64,000 nucleotides of DNA from Vulcanimicrobiota bacterium (GCA_963833095.1 CAWHWQ010000004.1:32001-96000); one strand, 5' to 3'. Shown: positions 7,804-18,054, numbered from the stretch's first letter. Notes: generated by a model from the letters alone, not told the origin. Numbers and translations are program-made.

Positions 7804-10397
7804 GACGCGCGTTCCCGCACGATTCGGCGTAGGGCGCTTGGACTGCGATCGGTGAGCGACGCAATGTCGATCCAGCGAGCATCATCGGCATACGCAGCCC
7901 ATTCCCGGTCGTCGTCGTAATCGGCGATGTCGATGTCCGCGCAGTCTTGGGCAGTCACCTCAGCCTTTTCGAGAATGCGTTCGACGCGCGCGGCAATCGC
8001 ATGCGCGTGGGGCTCGCCGAAGGCACCGATAGCCAACAGGACGCCGTCGTCGACTTTAAACGCGGTCGCGAAGCGGCGCACGAATTGAGCCGCCGCGTTC
8101 CAATCTGCCTCGTTGCGAACGGCGATCCCGAAAACGGTCCGGGCCGACGCAAAACCGGCCGGCTCGGTGGCAACCGCGGTTGCAACCTGGGGCTCACGTT
8201 CTTTGGGGAAGGGCAGGAAGTGCTCGGAGCGCACGAACCCGCGGGCATGTATCTGCGCGCCGCGATAGCCCTGGGCGGGAATGGGACCACTCATGCCCCA
8301 TTTCTTCGCAAACCGCGCCCAGTTTTCGTTCATCGTAGCGCGGTAATCGACGTTATTTGCGGCAAACGAGCGGCTACCAAAATGGTGGATGAAGACGTCG
8401 TCGCACACGTAGATCCAATATCCGGCGGCACGCACGCGCATGCAATAATCGTCGTCCTCGAAATTGCCGATAGCGTAGCGTTCGTCGAGTGCACCGACTT
8501 GCTCGAGCACCTCTCGGCTAATGCACCAACAGAACCCGATCGCTCGATCGGTGATGTAGCCCTTCTCGGCGAATTCCCGCCGGCGCTGCAACGAGAATGC
8601 TTGCATCTCGGATTCATCGCGGTACTGGACGCTGGGAAGCTGTTGATCGCCCGTCACGAGATTACTGCGCGGCGCCGAAATGCCGAGACCGGGCAAACGC
8701 CTGAACGCATCGACGAGGCCGTCGGCCCAACCCGGCGTCACGATGACGTCGTTATTGAGGACGATCACGTAATCGCCACGCGCGTGCGCGATCCCGTCGT
8801 TGTTCCCTCCGGAGAACCCGCGATTGGTCTTGTTATAAATGATGCGCACGTGCGGATCGTCGATCGTCGCCAGCGCTTTGAGCGTCTCGGGACCCGACCC
8901 GTTATCGACGACGATCACTTCGTACGGCTCCGCGGTGTGCTCCCGAATCGACTGCAGGGCCTTGATCGTAAACTCCGGCGCGTTCCAACTCAACGTAACG
9001 ATCGAAACGAGGCCGCGCTGAAATGCCGGCCTTCCCCGTAGAACTCGCTCGATCGCCGCCGGATCGCGGTCGAACGCGTCAGGATGCGCAGTCGGTCCCA
9101 TTGTTGCCATCGGCCGGACGCCGATCGTGCCGCGTTCGCGTTGCAGCGACCGCGTGAGCAGATCGACCATTGCAGCATCCAGCGTAAGCCCTTCACGCAG
9201 CTCCAGGCCTTGCGGAAACTGCCGTAGACGCAGCAGCACGCAGCGCGCGTCGCTTGCAACGAGCGGCTGATGCGGATCGCGCTCGACGCCCTCGGCGAAG
9301 GTTGCAGCCGCGGCGTTGATCGGCGTCGTCACGCGCGCGAGCAGTTCATCGAGCCATCCCGGTTCCACGTGCGTATCGGCGCGAACCAGCGCCACGAACC
9401 GCTCGCCGCGTAGTTCCATCAATGCGCGCGCGCGCTCGACCGCATCGCGCTTCCCAGCCCAATGCACTTTACCAATCGGTGTGCGAACCGCGCGCAGCCG
9501 GCGCTCAAATTCGGGCCGGTTGAATTCCTCGGATACGTCGTGAACCAGAACCTCAACCGGGTGCTCGACCGGCCACAAGAACAGGCTCATGCCACCGTTC
9601 CCACTCCGTCGTAGCCCCTCGATCTTGCCTGAATCCACCCAAGCCCGCGGTGCGTCGTGGGCAACGCGATCGCGCCAGCGCTCGGCCAGGAGCTGCAGGT
9701 TTGCCTGCGTGCGGCGGAAGCGCTGCGATCCGGATTTCGATTCGTAGTGGAAGAGCGTCGCGGCCGGCTCGTACACCACGCGCAGCCCGCGCTTGCGCAC
9801 GTTGAGACAGTAGTCGACGTCTTCGTAGCCGTTCCAGTACGCCTCGTCGAGGCCGCCCAGGTCGAGATAGAGCGCGCGCGGCGTCGCCATGCAGGCGCCG
9901 GTCACGATCTGATAATCGCGCCGCACGTTCGCTTCGGGTGTGTTCCCCGGCTCGTGGACGAGATAATGAAACGGATAGAGCCCGGATGCGCTAAACGGCC
10001 ACCAGCGAACCAGAACGCCGGCGTGTTGGATCGTTCGGTTCTCAAAGAGCAGCTTTGCTCCAACCACACCGACGGCCGGGTCGTCAAACAAGCGCATCAT
10101 CGGCGTGAGCCACTGAGTGATCGGTTCGGTGTCGTTGTTGAGTAGCACCAGGATGCGCCCGCGCGCTTCGCGCGCGCCTTGATTGTTTGCCCCGGCGAAA
10201 CCGAGGTTCTTCTCGTTGTGAATCACCCGGATCCAGGGAAAGCTCGCGAGCACTTCCGGCGTGTGATCGGTCGACGCATTGTCGATGACAATTACTTCAC
10301 CATCACCCGCTCCGGCGAGGGAGGGCTGCAGCTTGGCCAGGCAATTGCGGGTCAGTTCCGCCTTGTTGAAGACGGGAATGATGATCGAATAGTCCAC
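7800..10397 (-). CDS. tandem GT2 glycosyltransferase (two GT2 domains)
   Basis: two copies of SI.I...N, V.DN.S, N.GF.G.NN.G, LNND, G.LDE.Y..G..ED.DYC. Confidence 0.92.
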   Translation of the reverse strand: MDYSIIIPVFNKAELTRNCLAKLQPSLAGAGDGEVIVIDNASTDHTPEVLASFPWIRVIHNEKNLGFAGANNQGAREARGRILVLLNNDTEPITQWLTPMMRLFDDPAVGVVGAKLLFENRTIQHAGVLVRWWPFSASGLYPFHYLVHEPGNTPEANVRRDYQIVTGACMATPRALYLDLGGLDEAYWNGYEDVDYCLNVRKRGLRVVYEPAATLFHYESKSGSQRFRRTQANLQLLAERWRDRVAHDAPRAWVDSGKIEGLRRSGNGGMSLFLWPVEHPVEVLVHDVSEEFNRPEFERRLRAVRTPIGKVHWAGKRDAVERARALMELRGERFVALVRADTHVEPGWLDELLARVTTPINAAAATFAEGVERDPHQPLVASDARCVLLRLRQFPQGLELREGLTLDAAMVDLLTRSLQRERGTIGVRPMATMGPTAHPDAFDRDPAAIERVLRGRPAFQRGLVSIVTLSWNAPEFTIKALQSIREHTAEPYEVIVVDNGSGPETLKALATIDDPHVRIIYNKTNRGFSGGNNDGIAHARGDYVIVLNNDVIVTPGWADGLVDAFRRLPGLGISAPRSNLVTGDQQLPSVQYRDESEMQAFSLQRRREFAEKGYITDRAIGFCWCISREVLEQVGALDERYAIGNFEDDDYCMRVRAAGYWIYVCDDVFIHHFGSRSFAANNVDYRATMNENWARFAKKWGMSGPIPAQGYRGAQIHARGFVRSEHFLPFPKEREPQVATAVATEPAGFASARTVFGIAVRNEADWNAAAQFVRRFATAFKVDDGVLLAIGAFGEPHAHAIAARVERILEKAEVTAQDCADIDIADYDDDREWAAYADDARWIDIASLTDRSPSALRRIVRERAS

Positions 10398-10404
10398 GGA
10401 TTCG

Positions 10405-12264
10405 TTACTTCAAGGCGCGGTCCGCGACGGCTGCCGCCTCGGCGAATCGTTCGTTGCGCAGGTAATACAGCGAGAGCGCGACGCTCGACCGAACGGGGTC
10501 GATCTCGCGCGCCCGTATTAGCGACGCCTCTACCCCGGCAGGCGAGGCCAACAATTCGAGCGCTCCGGCCCGGGTCATCAGCATGTCGAAGCTCCTCGGA
10601 TCGAGCGCAAGCGCGGCATCGACGGCGGAAAGCGCGGCTTCGGCACGCTGTTCGTCGAGCGCGCGTCGCGCGCGTTGGCGCCACTCTTCGAACGTCTTGG
10701 GCGTTGCCTGCCGCTCGCGCAGAAGTTGCAACTCCTGGGCATGCCCGCGCGCTTCGAGGACGCGCTCCAAGTGCTGCGTCGCCTTTTCGGATTCGGGATC
10801 CAGCTCGACGGCGAGACGCAAAAAATATTCCTCTTTCCCGAGCTCGTAACGCTCTGAGACTCCCGCGGCGCTTACGAGCAATTCGCACGCTTCGGCCGGC
10901 TTGAGGCGCGGGTACCACTTCTCGACGATGTCGATCGCCTCGCCACCCCGCTTCATGCGCAATAAGAAGTTCACGAAGTGCAGCATCGCCGGCGAGCTTT
11001 CGTGGGTATCAAGAACGAGCTTGTAGGCATCGTACGCCTCGCCGAAGCGCTGCAGGCGCTCGAACGCCTTCGCTCGGTTGAGCATCAACGGCTCGACGGT
11101 CGGCGCATTGGCCAAGCCGCGCTCGAACCATTCGAGCGCCTGGGCGTCGTCGCCCTGAATGGCATAACTCGAGCCCATCTCCGAGTGCGCCTTCCAGATA
11201 TACACCTGGTCGTCCACGATGAACTGTTGTTTGGCAAAGGCCTGGTCTTCGATTGCAGCCGCAAAGGCCTCGCGCGCTTCGTCAAAGCGCTTCTGCGCGA
11301 CTAGCGCCTTCCCGAGCATCATGTGCGCGTTCGCGTAGTGCGCGCTACGCCGCAACGACTGACGCGACATCTCTTCACCCTTGACCGGATCCTCGAAGTG
11401 ATCGCAATAGAGGTCGCCGAGTAAAGCGAGTCCGTTAGGCATGAATGCGCGCGGCGTATCCCCGACTAGCTCAAGCATCTTCAAGAGCGAACTCAGCGCG
11501 AGGCCATAGTCTTTATTGAGATACGCCGTGGTCCCCAAGTTGTACCAGTGGTAGGCGTTCTCGGGATCGTTCTGCGTTGCCGCGAGCAGAATTTCGAGAT
11601 TGCGTTGTCCCTTGTTCCGCTCCGCGACGACTGTGTTAACGTAGCCGTGATGGATCAGCGTTATCGCGCTTGCGACGGCGTCGACGCTGAGGCTGGTTCC
11701 GTCGAGCGCCGGGTACTCGTGTATCGGACCAAAGAATCGGATTCGCTCGTCGTTGGGAAAGATGCGAATGACGTGATGCGAAACGTCGCCCGAGCCGCGA
11801 TAGTCGTCGGTGCGATTGACGATGCGTGTATAGAGCGCCGTGACATATGCGGGAACGTTCTTGAGCGCAAGCAATGCCGCGCGCGAGTCCTCCGCCAATT
11901 CCTCGTCGGCGTCTAGGAAGAAAATCCATCGCTTGGTGGCCATCTCGATCGACTTGTTTCGCGACCACGAAAAGTCGTTGCGCCACGGATCTTCGATCAC
12001 GGTGGCCCCGTAGGAGCGCGCGATCTCGATCGTGCGATCCTGCGAGCCGGTGTCGCAGATGATGATCTCGTCCACGTAATCCTTCACGCTTGCCAGCGCT
12101 TGCGGCAGAAACTTCTCTTCGTCGCGCACGATCATGCACAGACTCACGCCGGCGGGCTTCTGAGGATATCCCGGCGGCGGCGGCGGAAGCGGCGGGGCAT
12201 TCGCCCCGGCCGGCTGAGAAGTCGGCTCTGGTTTCGGTCGACGAGACCGGACGTGAATCGGCAT
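10405..12264 (-). CDS. GT2 + TPR glycosyltransferase, likely flagellin-modifying
   Basis: SLCMIVRDEE, DTGSQD, W.NDFS..RN, LDADE, IHE, HHGY followed by TPR helices; directly downstream of flagellin; start set at MPIHV. Confidence 0.88.
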   Translation of the reverse strand: MPIHVRSRRPKPEPTSQPAGANAPPLPPPPPGYPQKPAGVSLCMIVRDEEKFLPQALASVKDYVDEIIICDTGSQDRTIEIARSYGATVIEDPWRNDFSWSRNKSIEMATKRWIFFLDADEELAEDSRAALLALKNVPAYVTALYTRIVNRTDDYRGSGDVSHHVIRIFPNDERIRFFGPIHEYPALDGTSLSVDAVASAITLIHHGYVNTVVAERNKGQRNLEILLAATQNDPENAYHWYNLGTTAYLNKDYGLALSSLLKMLELVGDTPRAFMPNGLALLGDLYCDHFEDPVKGEEMSRQSLRRSAHYANAHMMLGKALVAQKRFDEAREAFAAAIEDQAFAKQQFIVDDQVYIWKAHSEMGSSYAIQGDDAQALEWFERGLANAPTVEPLMLNRAKAFERLQRFGEAYDAYKLVLDTHESSPAMLHFVNFLLRMKRGGEAIDIVEKWYPRLKPAEACELLVSAAGVSERYELGKEEYFLRLAVELDPESEKATQHLERVLEARGHAQELQLLRERQATPKTFEEWRQRARRALDEQRAEAALSAVDAALALDPRSFDMLMTRAGALELLASPAGVEASLIRAREIDPVRSSVALSLYYLRNERFAEAAAVADRALK

Positions 12265-12272
12265 CGTTACGG

Positions 12273-12280
12273 TTATCGGC
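12273..12280 (-). promoter_or_regulatory. sigma-28-type -10 box 8 nt upstream of ATG (no matching -35)
   Basis: minus strand GCCGATAA-CCGTAACG-ATG. Confidence 0.5.
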
Positions 12281-12316
12281 AGAAAAGCAACGAGGACCCG
12301 CCGGAGCGGGCCCTCG
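12281..12316 (-). terminator. putative intrinsic terminator after flagellin
   Basis: CGAGGGCCCGC-TCCG-GCGGGTCCTCG followed by TTGCTTTTCT. Confidence 0.6.
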
Positions 12317-12349
12317 AGGAAACGACCGTGCGGTTGCCCGCAGAATCGA

Positions 12350-13612
12350 TTATCGGAACAGCGTGAGGACCGACTGCGCGTTTGCGTTCGACTGCGCCAG
12401 AACCGACGTGCCGACTTGAACGAGCAGTTGTAGTTTCGTGAACTGCGTCGTTGCTTGACCCACGTTGAGGTCGGCGATGTTCGATTGCGAGGCTTGCAGG
12501 TTGACCGCTGCGGTATCGTCGTTCTGCTGGTCGATGCCGAGGCGAACGACAACGGCGCCGAGGTCAGCTTGCTGCGTGTTGAGCGTCTGCAGCGCAATGT
12601 CGAGCTGGCCGATCGCGTCTTCCGCCGCGAGCGACGGATTCGACGAAGAGCTAACCGCGAGATTGACGTTCGATAGGCGCAGCGTATTGGTGTTCGTCGC
12701 TGCGATACCGAGCTGAATCACGTCGCCTTCATCAGCGCCCGACTGGAAGTTGAACGCCGGAGCAGTCGCAAAGTTCGACGGCTGGACGTACTGCGAGATC
12801 TTGACGTATGCGGTTTGACCGATATCGCCAAGCGTCGGGGTGCTGAAGTGCAATGTCACGCCGGTGTTGATTGTCGCCAGCGTGTACGACGTTGCCGCGC
12901 CGAGCGACAAGAACGTCGAGAACGAAGCCGAGGTCGAGCTGTTGAAGGTCGTGATTTCCAGCTCGGGGGTCGCGGCCGTCGGGTTCGCGGTGTTGGCGAT
13001 GACTTGGATTTCAATCGTCTCGTCGCCCGTATTGGTCGACGTGAAGAAGTTGCCCGCCGCGATGCCGATGCTGGCAACGAGGAAGCCGGTCGACGTACCG
13101 ATCGCTTGCGCACCGCTCGAAAGGAGCGCCGCGTTTGCAGTGATCGTGTAGTACGCTTCCGCGCCCGCTTGGTCGCCCTGGTGGCTTCCATTGAGCAGCG
13201 CTTGACCGTTGAAGTTGGTGTTTTGCGCGATGCGGTTGACTTCGAGCAAAAGCTGCGAAACTTCGGTTTGCAGATTCGCGCGATCGCTCGAGCTGTTGAC
13301 ATCTGATGCCGCCTCAACCGCGAGAACGCGGATGCGCTGCAGAATGTCAGTTTGCTGGGTCAACGCACCCAGCGCGACCTGCGCAGCGTTATTGGCGTTC
13401 TGCACGTTTTGCGACGCTTGATTGAACGCTTCATACTGCGAGGTAAGGTTGGTTGAGATCGCGTTACCAGAGGGGTCATCCGCAGCGGTGTTGATCCGCA
13501 GACCGGACGACAGTTGGGTAACGACGTTTTGAAGTTGCTTTTGGTTGTTGTCGAGGTTCAGCTGAACTGAATTCGACAGCAGATTCGTGGCAATGCTCAG
13601 GCCTGTAGCCAT
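12350..13612 (-). CDS. fliC: flagellin
   Basis: LSSGLRINTAADDPSG, T.FNG..LL, FQ.GA, S.IADL, SVLAQ.N. Confidence 0.97.
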   Translation of the reverse strand: MATGLSIATNLLSNSVQLNLDNNQKQLQNVVTQLSSGLRINTAADDPSGNAISTNLTSQYEAFNQASQNVQNANNAAQVALGALTQQTDILQRIRVLAVEAASDVNSSSDRANLQTEVSQLLLEVNRIAQNTNFNGQALLNGSHQGDQAGAEAYYTITANAALLSSGAQAIGTSTGFLVASIGIAAGNFFTSTNTGDETIEIQVIANTANPTAATPELEITTFNSSTSASFSTFLSLGAATSYTLATINTGVTLHFSTPTLGDIGQTAYVKISQYVQPSNFATAPAFNFQSGADEGDVIQLGIAATNTNTLRLSNVNLAVSSSSNPSLAAEDAIGQLDIALQTLNTQQADLGAVVVRLGIDQQNDDTAAVNLQASQSNIADLNVGQATTQFTKLQLLVQVGTSVLAQSNANAQSVLTLFR

Positions 13613-13686
13613 TTTTCCTCCATGATGTGGTGCTCAGAGGCACCGATACGTATCCTATGGGGGAAGAGTGTCCGTTCTCCCCCTAA
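13613..13686 (-). promoter_or_regulatory. flagellin 5' UTR with CsrA-type sites
   Basis: ACGGA in the loop of a GGGGGAGA/TCTTCCCC hairpin (13660-13683); ATGGAGGA overlapping the SD (13616-13623). Confidence 0.7.
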
Positions 13687-13692
13687 AAGATG

Positions 13693-13719
13693 ATATCGGC
13701 CTGTTTTTACAGGACTTTA
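13693..13719 (-). promoter_or_regulatory. sigma-28 (FliA/SigD) promoter of flagellin
   Basis: TAAA-N15-GCCGATAT; the -35 overlaps the csrA stop codon. Confidence 0.9.
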
Positions 13720-13965
13720 GTGAGGGGGCTTGGCTCTTGGACGCAGCGTCGCACGTTCGGGTTTACCGGTCGTAGCCGGGGCCGCGCCTAAGGCCTCTTG
13801 ATTCGCCCTCCGGATCTCTTCGTAGACCTCGGAGCGGTGGACGGGAACGGCGCGGGGCGCCTCGATCCCAAGCTTCACTTGGTCGCGGTCAACCGCGACG
13901 ATCACAATGCGAACGTCGTCACCAATCATAATGGATTGATTGATCTTACGGCTCAGAACCAGCAT
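13717..13965 (-). CDS. csrA: carbon storage regulator CsrA
   Basis: MLVLSRK..QSIMIGDD...VKLGIEAPR.VPVHRSE plus C-terminal extension typical of FliW-associated CsrA. Confidence 0.97.
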   Translation of the reverse strand: MLVLSRKINQSIMIGDDVRIVIVAVDRDQVKLGIEAPRAVPVHRSEVYEEIRRANQEALGAAPATTGKPERATLRPRAKPPH

Positions 13966-14007
13966 CGAAGGCCCTCCTTGGCGATTAAAGAGGGGCTTTC
14001 GGCAGGG

Positions 14008-14484
14008 TCAGGCGCTCTTACTGCTCGCTGGCATCTTCTCTGCAGCTTTGCGCGGCAGCGGTTCTCGCGGCGAATAGCTCGAGCCGTCGAGCATGATCTG
14101 GCGTCCTTTGCGGGTCCGCAAGTTGACGATCACGGGCGCCATGAGATTGATCGTCATCTCCTCCGCGTCGGGAGTCACGACGACCACGCAGAGGGTCGCA
14201 AAATCGGTTGGCTCGCGGATCTCGAGCGAGGTGAATGCATAGGCGGGCAGCTTGGGTTCGTAACTCTCAAAGACCATCCACGGATCGACCGCCGGAAGCG
14301 CTACCGACGGATCGTCAAGGCTCTGCAGCCAGACGAAGGTCGGATGGCTGTCAAGGTTGAGCGGAAGCCATCGGTGCAGGTCTGGGAAGCCCGGCAAGCC
14401 CCACGGAAACTCCAGAACCTCGCTTGCTTCAAAGGTACAAGGTCCGAATCGGGGGAGATCGACGGTGATCTGTTCTTGTTCCAT
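14008..14484 (-). CDS. fliW: flagellar assembly factor FliW
   Basis: RFG...FP.GLPGF, WLQS, P...F..Y, TINL.APVIVN. Confidence 0.95.
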   Translation of the reverse strand: MEQEQITVDLPRFGPCTFEASEVLEFPWGLPGFPDLHRWLPLNLDSHPTFVWLQSLDDPSVALPAVDPWMVFESYEPKLPAYAFTSLEIREPTDFATLCVVVVTPDAEEMTINLMAPVIVNLRTRKGRQIMLDGSSYSPREPLPRKAAEKMPASSKSA

Positions 14485-14508
14485 TGTGGCTCCGCTATTC
14501 AAGCTGCG

Positions 14509-15828
14509 CTATCCGTTCGGGAGGTAGGTAAAGAGGTCTTCCTGCTCGAGCCGGGTCGTCGTTTGGTAGGCCGCTTGCAAGGCGGTCTGGCTCAAGCTGA
14601 ACTCGCTGGTCACCTTAGCAATATCGGTATCTTCGAGGCCCGATTGCACTTGGGTATCGCTGGTTCCGCGTGAAGATTCGATGGAGGAGAGCGAACTGAC
14701 CGTCTGAACGGTCGCTCCCACCAAACCGGCTGCGTTGAGCGTCACGGTGAGGGCATTGTCGATGTCGCCCAATTGGGTGGAGAGGTTGTTCACCACGTCA
14801 CCCGTCGACCCCAGGAGGAAGGCATTGGTAAAATTGCTCGCCAGGGTCGCCGGCGGGGCGGCGACGTTGCTCACCAGGAAATTTTGATTCCCGACGTCGT
14901 TGAGTGAGAGCCGCTGCGTTTGGTAGTCGAAGGACGCGACCACGCCGGTCGCGGTCGAGGCGCCGTTGATCGCAGCGATGACGTTCTGCATCGACTCTCC
15001 GACGGTGAACATGATGGTGGTGCCGGTCGGCGAGAGCGACGATGCGATCGAGAATGCCACGTTGCCGCCTCCGACCGAGGCTAACGGAATCGACAGCGGT
15101 GACGTCGCGGACTCGAGCTGCCCGATGGTTGTGCCGGTCGTGACCGCGTGGTAGCTGAGGTTGACCTGCGTGCTGCTTTCGTCCGTCGTCTGGCTCTGCT
15201 CGAGCGTATCGCGCAGGCGAATGAGCATGTTAAAGACGCTCGGCGAGCCGTTGGCGGCGTTCACATTGAAGGCTTGCTGCAAGGTCACGTTGGTCGGGAC
15301 TTGCTGGCCGTTGGGCAACTGCTCGGTCTGCTGAACGATATTCGACTTCGCCGTAACGCCCGACGGTGGGTTGCCCACTGCGGTAACCAGCGATGAACCC
15401 GCCGCAGCGGCCGTACCCGAGAAGATGTATTTGCCGTCGTACTGCGTGTTGGCCAAACCAATGGCTTGCTGCAGCAACTGATTGACTTGTTGCCCGATCG
15501 ACGCGCGTTGCGCGGGCGTAACCGTATCGCTTGCGCCCTCGATCGCGAGATTGCGCGAGCTCTGCAGCAAGGTCGTCAGGCTCGAAAGCGTGCTGTCGGT
15601 CGTCGAGAGCAAATTGTTCAACCCAGTTAGGTTCTGCCCTACCTGCGTCGTGACGGCCGAATCATTACGAACCGAAAGATCTTGCGCAATGATCGTCGGA
15701 GCGTCCGACGGTTCGTTGAGCGCGATTCCGGTCGAAAGTTCTTGCCCTTGCTGTTGATATTGCGATTCCAGATTCTCGATCGCGAGCGTCTGGTTGGAAT
15801 AGATCGTCGAGGTTGCGATGCGCATCAT
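14509..15828 (-). CDS. flgL: hook-filament junction protein FlgL
   Basis: MRIAT, LSTG...PSDAP, ANTQYDGKYIFSGT, LEDTDIA. Confidence 0.93.
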   Translation of the reverse strand: MMRIATSTIYSNQTLAIENLESQYQQQGQELSTGIALNEPSDAPTIIAQDLSVRNDSAVTTQVGQNLTGLNNLLSTTDSTLSSLTTLLQSSRNLAIEGASDTVTPAQRASIGQQVNQLLQQAIGLANTQYDGKYIFSGTAAAAGSSLVTAVGNPPSGVTAKSNIVQQTEQLPNGQQVPTNVTLQQAFNVNAANGSPSVFNMLIRLRDTLEQSQTTDESSTQVNLSYHAVTTGTTIGQLESATSPLSIPLASVGGGNVAFSIASSLSPTGTTIMFTVGESMQNVIAAINGASTATGVVASFDYQTQRLSLNDVGNQNFLVSNVAAPPATLASNFTNAFLLGSTGDVVNNLSTQLGDIDNALTVTLNAAGLVGATVQTVSSLSSIESSRGTSDTQVQSGLEDTDIAKVTSEFSLSQTALQAAYQTTTRLEQEDLFTYLPNG

Positions 15829-15849
15829 TGCTGGTTCTTCCGCCTCTCC

Positions 15850-18054
15850 TTAGGATCCGACGCCTAAACCGTTGACCACGGTGTCGAGCAGCTGATTCAG
15901 CGTCGAAATGGTCTTCGCGGCCGCCTGATAGGCCGTCTGGTACTTGATGAGGTCCTGTGTCTGCTCGTCGATGTTGATACCGGCGATACTCTGGCGCTGT
16001 TGGTCGATCGATGAAGCCAGATTGGTTTGCGTAGTGGTGCCGGTGTTCGCAGTCTGCGTGTCGAGCCCGACTTGCGTCACCAGTTGGCCGTAGTATTGTT
16101 GAAACGTCTGCGTCTGCGCCGAAGTGATCGTGTAATTAGCGCCATGATTTTGCTGGGGCGTGAAGGTCACCGATTCGACACCGTTGGCATTGACGCTCAC
16201 TGCAGACACCGTAACGTTCTCTTGCGGCAATCCGCCGCCGATCTGCGCGTCGATCGTCAGCTGTTGGCCGACCTGAACATCATTTACGCCCTTCGGCAGC
16301 GCAATCGTCGTTGCCACGCCCGCCGTTGCGGTCACGCCCGCGCCGCTCGTGGTCTCGAGCGCCGGAAAACCGACGGTGCTTTGAAACAGGCTGGTCAGCG
16401 AATTTGCGACGCCGTTGTCGGCTTGACCGTAAGCGTTGCTCGCATTCTGCTGCACGGCGCTGATATTGCCGGCGCCGAGCGCGCCGAGAATCGACGTGTT
16501 GGGCGTCGCGGCGTTATATTGGTTATCGGCTATCGTAAACGAAGGTGTCTCCAAAGCGCCTTGCTGCGCGCCGCGCAACGCCAGACTTTCGTTCGACGGA
16601 TCCCTCGCGAAAACGATCTCCTGCGATGCCGAGTCATAGGACGCCGTTACACCGGCTTGCAATGCGTTGAAGCTGGACACGAAGTCGCCGACGTTGTCGG
16701 CGTAAATCGTTCCGGCAAGCGGCGGCGAAGGCGGGGCCGCCGACGTATACCCGAACGTTTGCGCAACACCATCAACCGTGATCGTTAACTGAGAGCCGGC
16801 GGCGAACGCTGCCGTAGGCGCATTGGCGAGCGCACCGTTGTTGATCAACGCTTGCGATGTATCGACCGTATTATTGGCCGAGTTCATCGGAACGATGCCG
16901 GTCAGAGCATTTGTGTTTGCCTCGGTGTTTGCAAGGACGATAGGCAACTGAGTCGCGACGGTGATGCCGGCCTTGATATTGCCGGCCGAGATCGGCAGCT
17001 GAGCGTCGATCGGCTGAAACAATGCCGTGCCGGGCTGACCATTCGAATCGTAGCCCGATTGGGTGATTCGGTTGACCTCGTTCGCGAGACTCGAAGCAAA
17101 CTGATCGAGTTGCGTACCGTAGCTGCTCAGCTTGTTGTTGTAGAGATCTTGCAATGCCGCAAGCTGCCCGCTACCCAGCGCGACGCTGGGCGAACTCGGC
17201 GATTGCGGCGGATTGGTCGCGAAGTAGACGTTGAAGCTCTGCGACCCGTTGGATGAGGTGCCGACCACCGGCGCCGCAAGATGATACGCGACCGTATCGT
17301 TGACCAGCGCTTGACCGTTGACCATGACCAGCACCGAGCCGTCAGGCTGCACCGACGTTTGCGTCGAAATGTACTGCGAGAGCTGATCGATGTCGTAGTC
17401 GCGCTGATCCTCAAAGGTGTTCGGGTTGTCTCCCACCGCGGTCGAGGAACGAATCTGCCCGTTGAGCGCCGCGATTTGATCAAGCAGTCCGTTGACGGAC
17501 TGTACGATCGTCGCGCCCTGGGAGACGGTTTGGTTCTCCGCGTTGGAAACGGCGGAGGACGAGTTGCCCAACGCCTGCGCGAGCGACTGCGCGGTGGTCA
17601 GCACGCCCGACGACGCGGAGAGCGTGCTACCGGTGGGGCCAGCATTGACCAGATTCGTGATCGCCGTCTGGAAATTGTTAAAGGCCGTGCTGACGCCGGC
17701 AGTCGGATCGCCGAGCTGTGACTGGACGCTGTTGAGGATCTGCTGCTCGGTCGTATAGTAATTTTGCGAAGAACTCGCGCCGCGAAATAGCTCGTCGTAA
17801 GCCTGGATGTTCACGCGCTGAATCTGCGAAACGATCACGCCGTCGCCGGCGGTCCCCGGAACCTGCGTCGACTCAAACGGTGACCCAACCACAGGAGGAG
17901 CTTCGGTAAGCACGACCTGTTGCTGCGTTGCCCCGGGCGTGTTGACATTGGAGATGTTGTCGCCCGTCACGTTCTCGGCCACCGAGAACGATTGGAGCGA
18001 CGTCGACATCAAGTCGAGCCCGAAAAAAGTGCCTTGCGGGAAGAAACTACTCAC
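15850..18054 (-). CDS. flgK: hook-associated protein FlgK
   Basis: VTGDNISNVNTPG, DQRD..IDQLS, GINIDE...LIKYQ.AY.AAAK. Confidence 0.95.
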   Translation of the reverse strand: MSSFFPQGTFFGLDLMSTSLQSFSVAENVTGDNISNVNTPGATQQQVVLTEAPPVVGSPFESTQVPGTAGDGVIVSQIQRVNIQAYDELFRGASSSQNYYTTEQQILNSVQSQLGDPTAGVSTAFNNFQTAITNLVNAGPTGSTLSASSGVLTTAQSLAQALGNSSSAVSNAENQTVSQGATIVQSVNGLLDQIAALNGQIRSSTAVGDNPNTFEDQRDYDIDQLSQYISTQTSVQPDGSVLVMVNGQALVNDTVAYHLAAPVVGTSSNGSQSFNVYFATNPPQSPSSPSVALGSGQLAALQDLYNNKLSSYGTQLDQFASSLANEVNRITQSGYDSNGQPGTALFQPIDAQLPISAGNIKAGITVATQLPIVLANTEANTNALTGIVPMNSANNTVDTSQALINNGALANAPTAAFAAGSQLTITVDGVAQTFGYTSAAPPSPPLAGTIYADNVGDFVSSFNALQAGVTASYDSASQEIVFARDPSNESLALRGAQQGALETPSFTIADNQYNAATPNTSILGALGAGNISAVQQNASNAYGQADNGVANSLTSLFQSTVGFPALETTSGAGVTATAGVATTIALPKGVNDVQVGQQLTIDAQIGGGLPQENVTVSAVSVNANGVESVTFTPQQNHGANYTITSAQTQTFQQYYGQLVTQVGLDTQTANTGTTTQTNLASSIDQQRQSIAGINIDEQTQDLIKYQTAYQAAAKTISTLNQLLDTVVNGLGVGS

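Noticed and set aside
12265..12597. N-terminal extension of the GT2-TPR ORF into flagellin
   Set aside because: Overlaps fliC and its terminator out of frame; ATG at 12264 is the more plausible start
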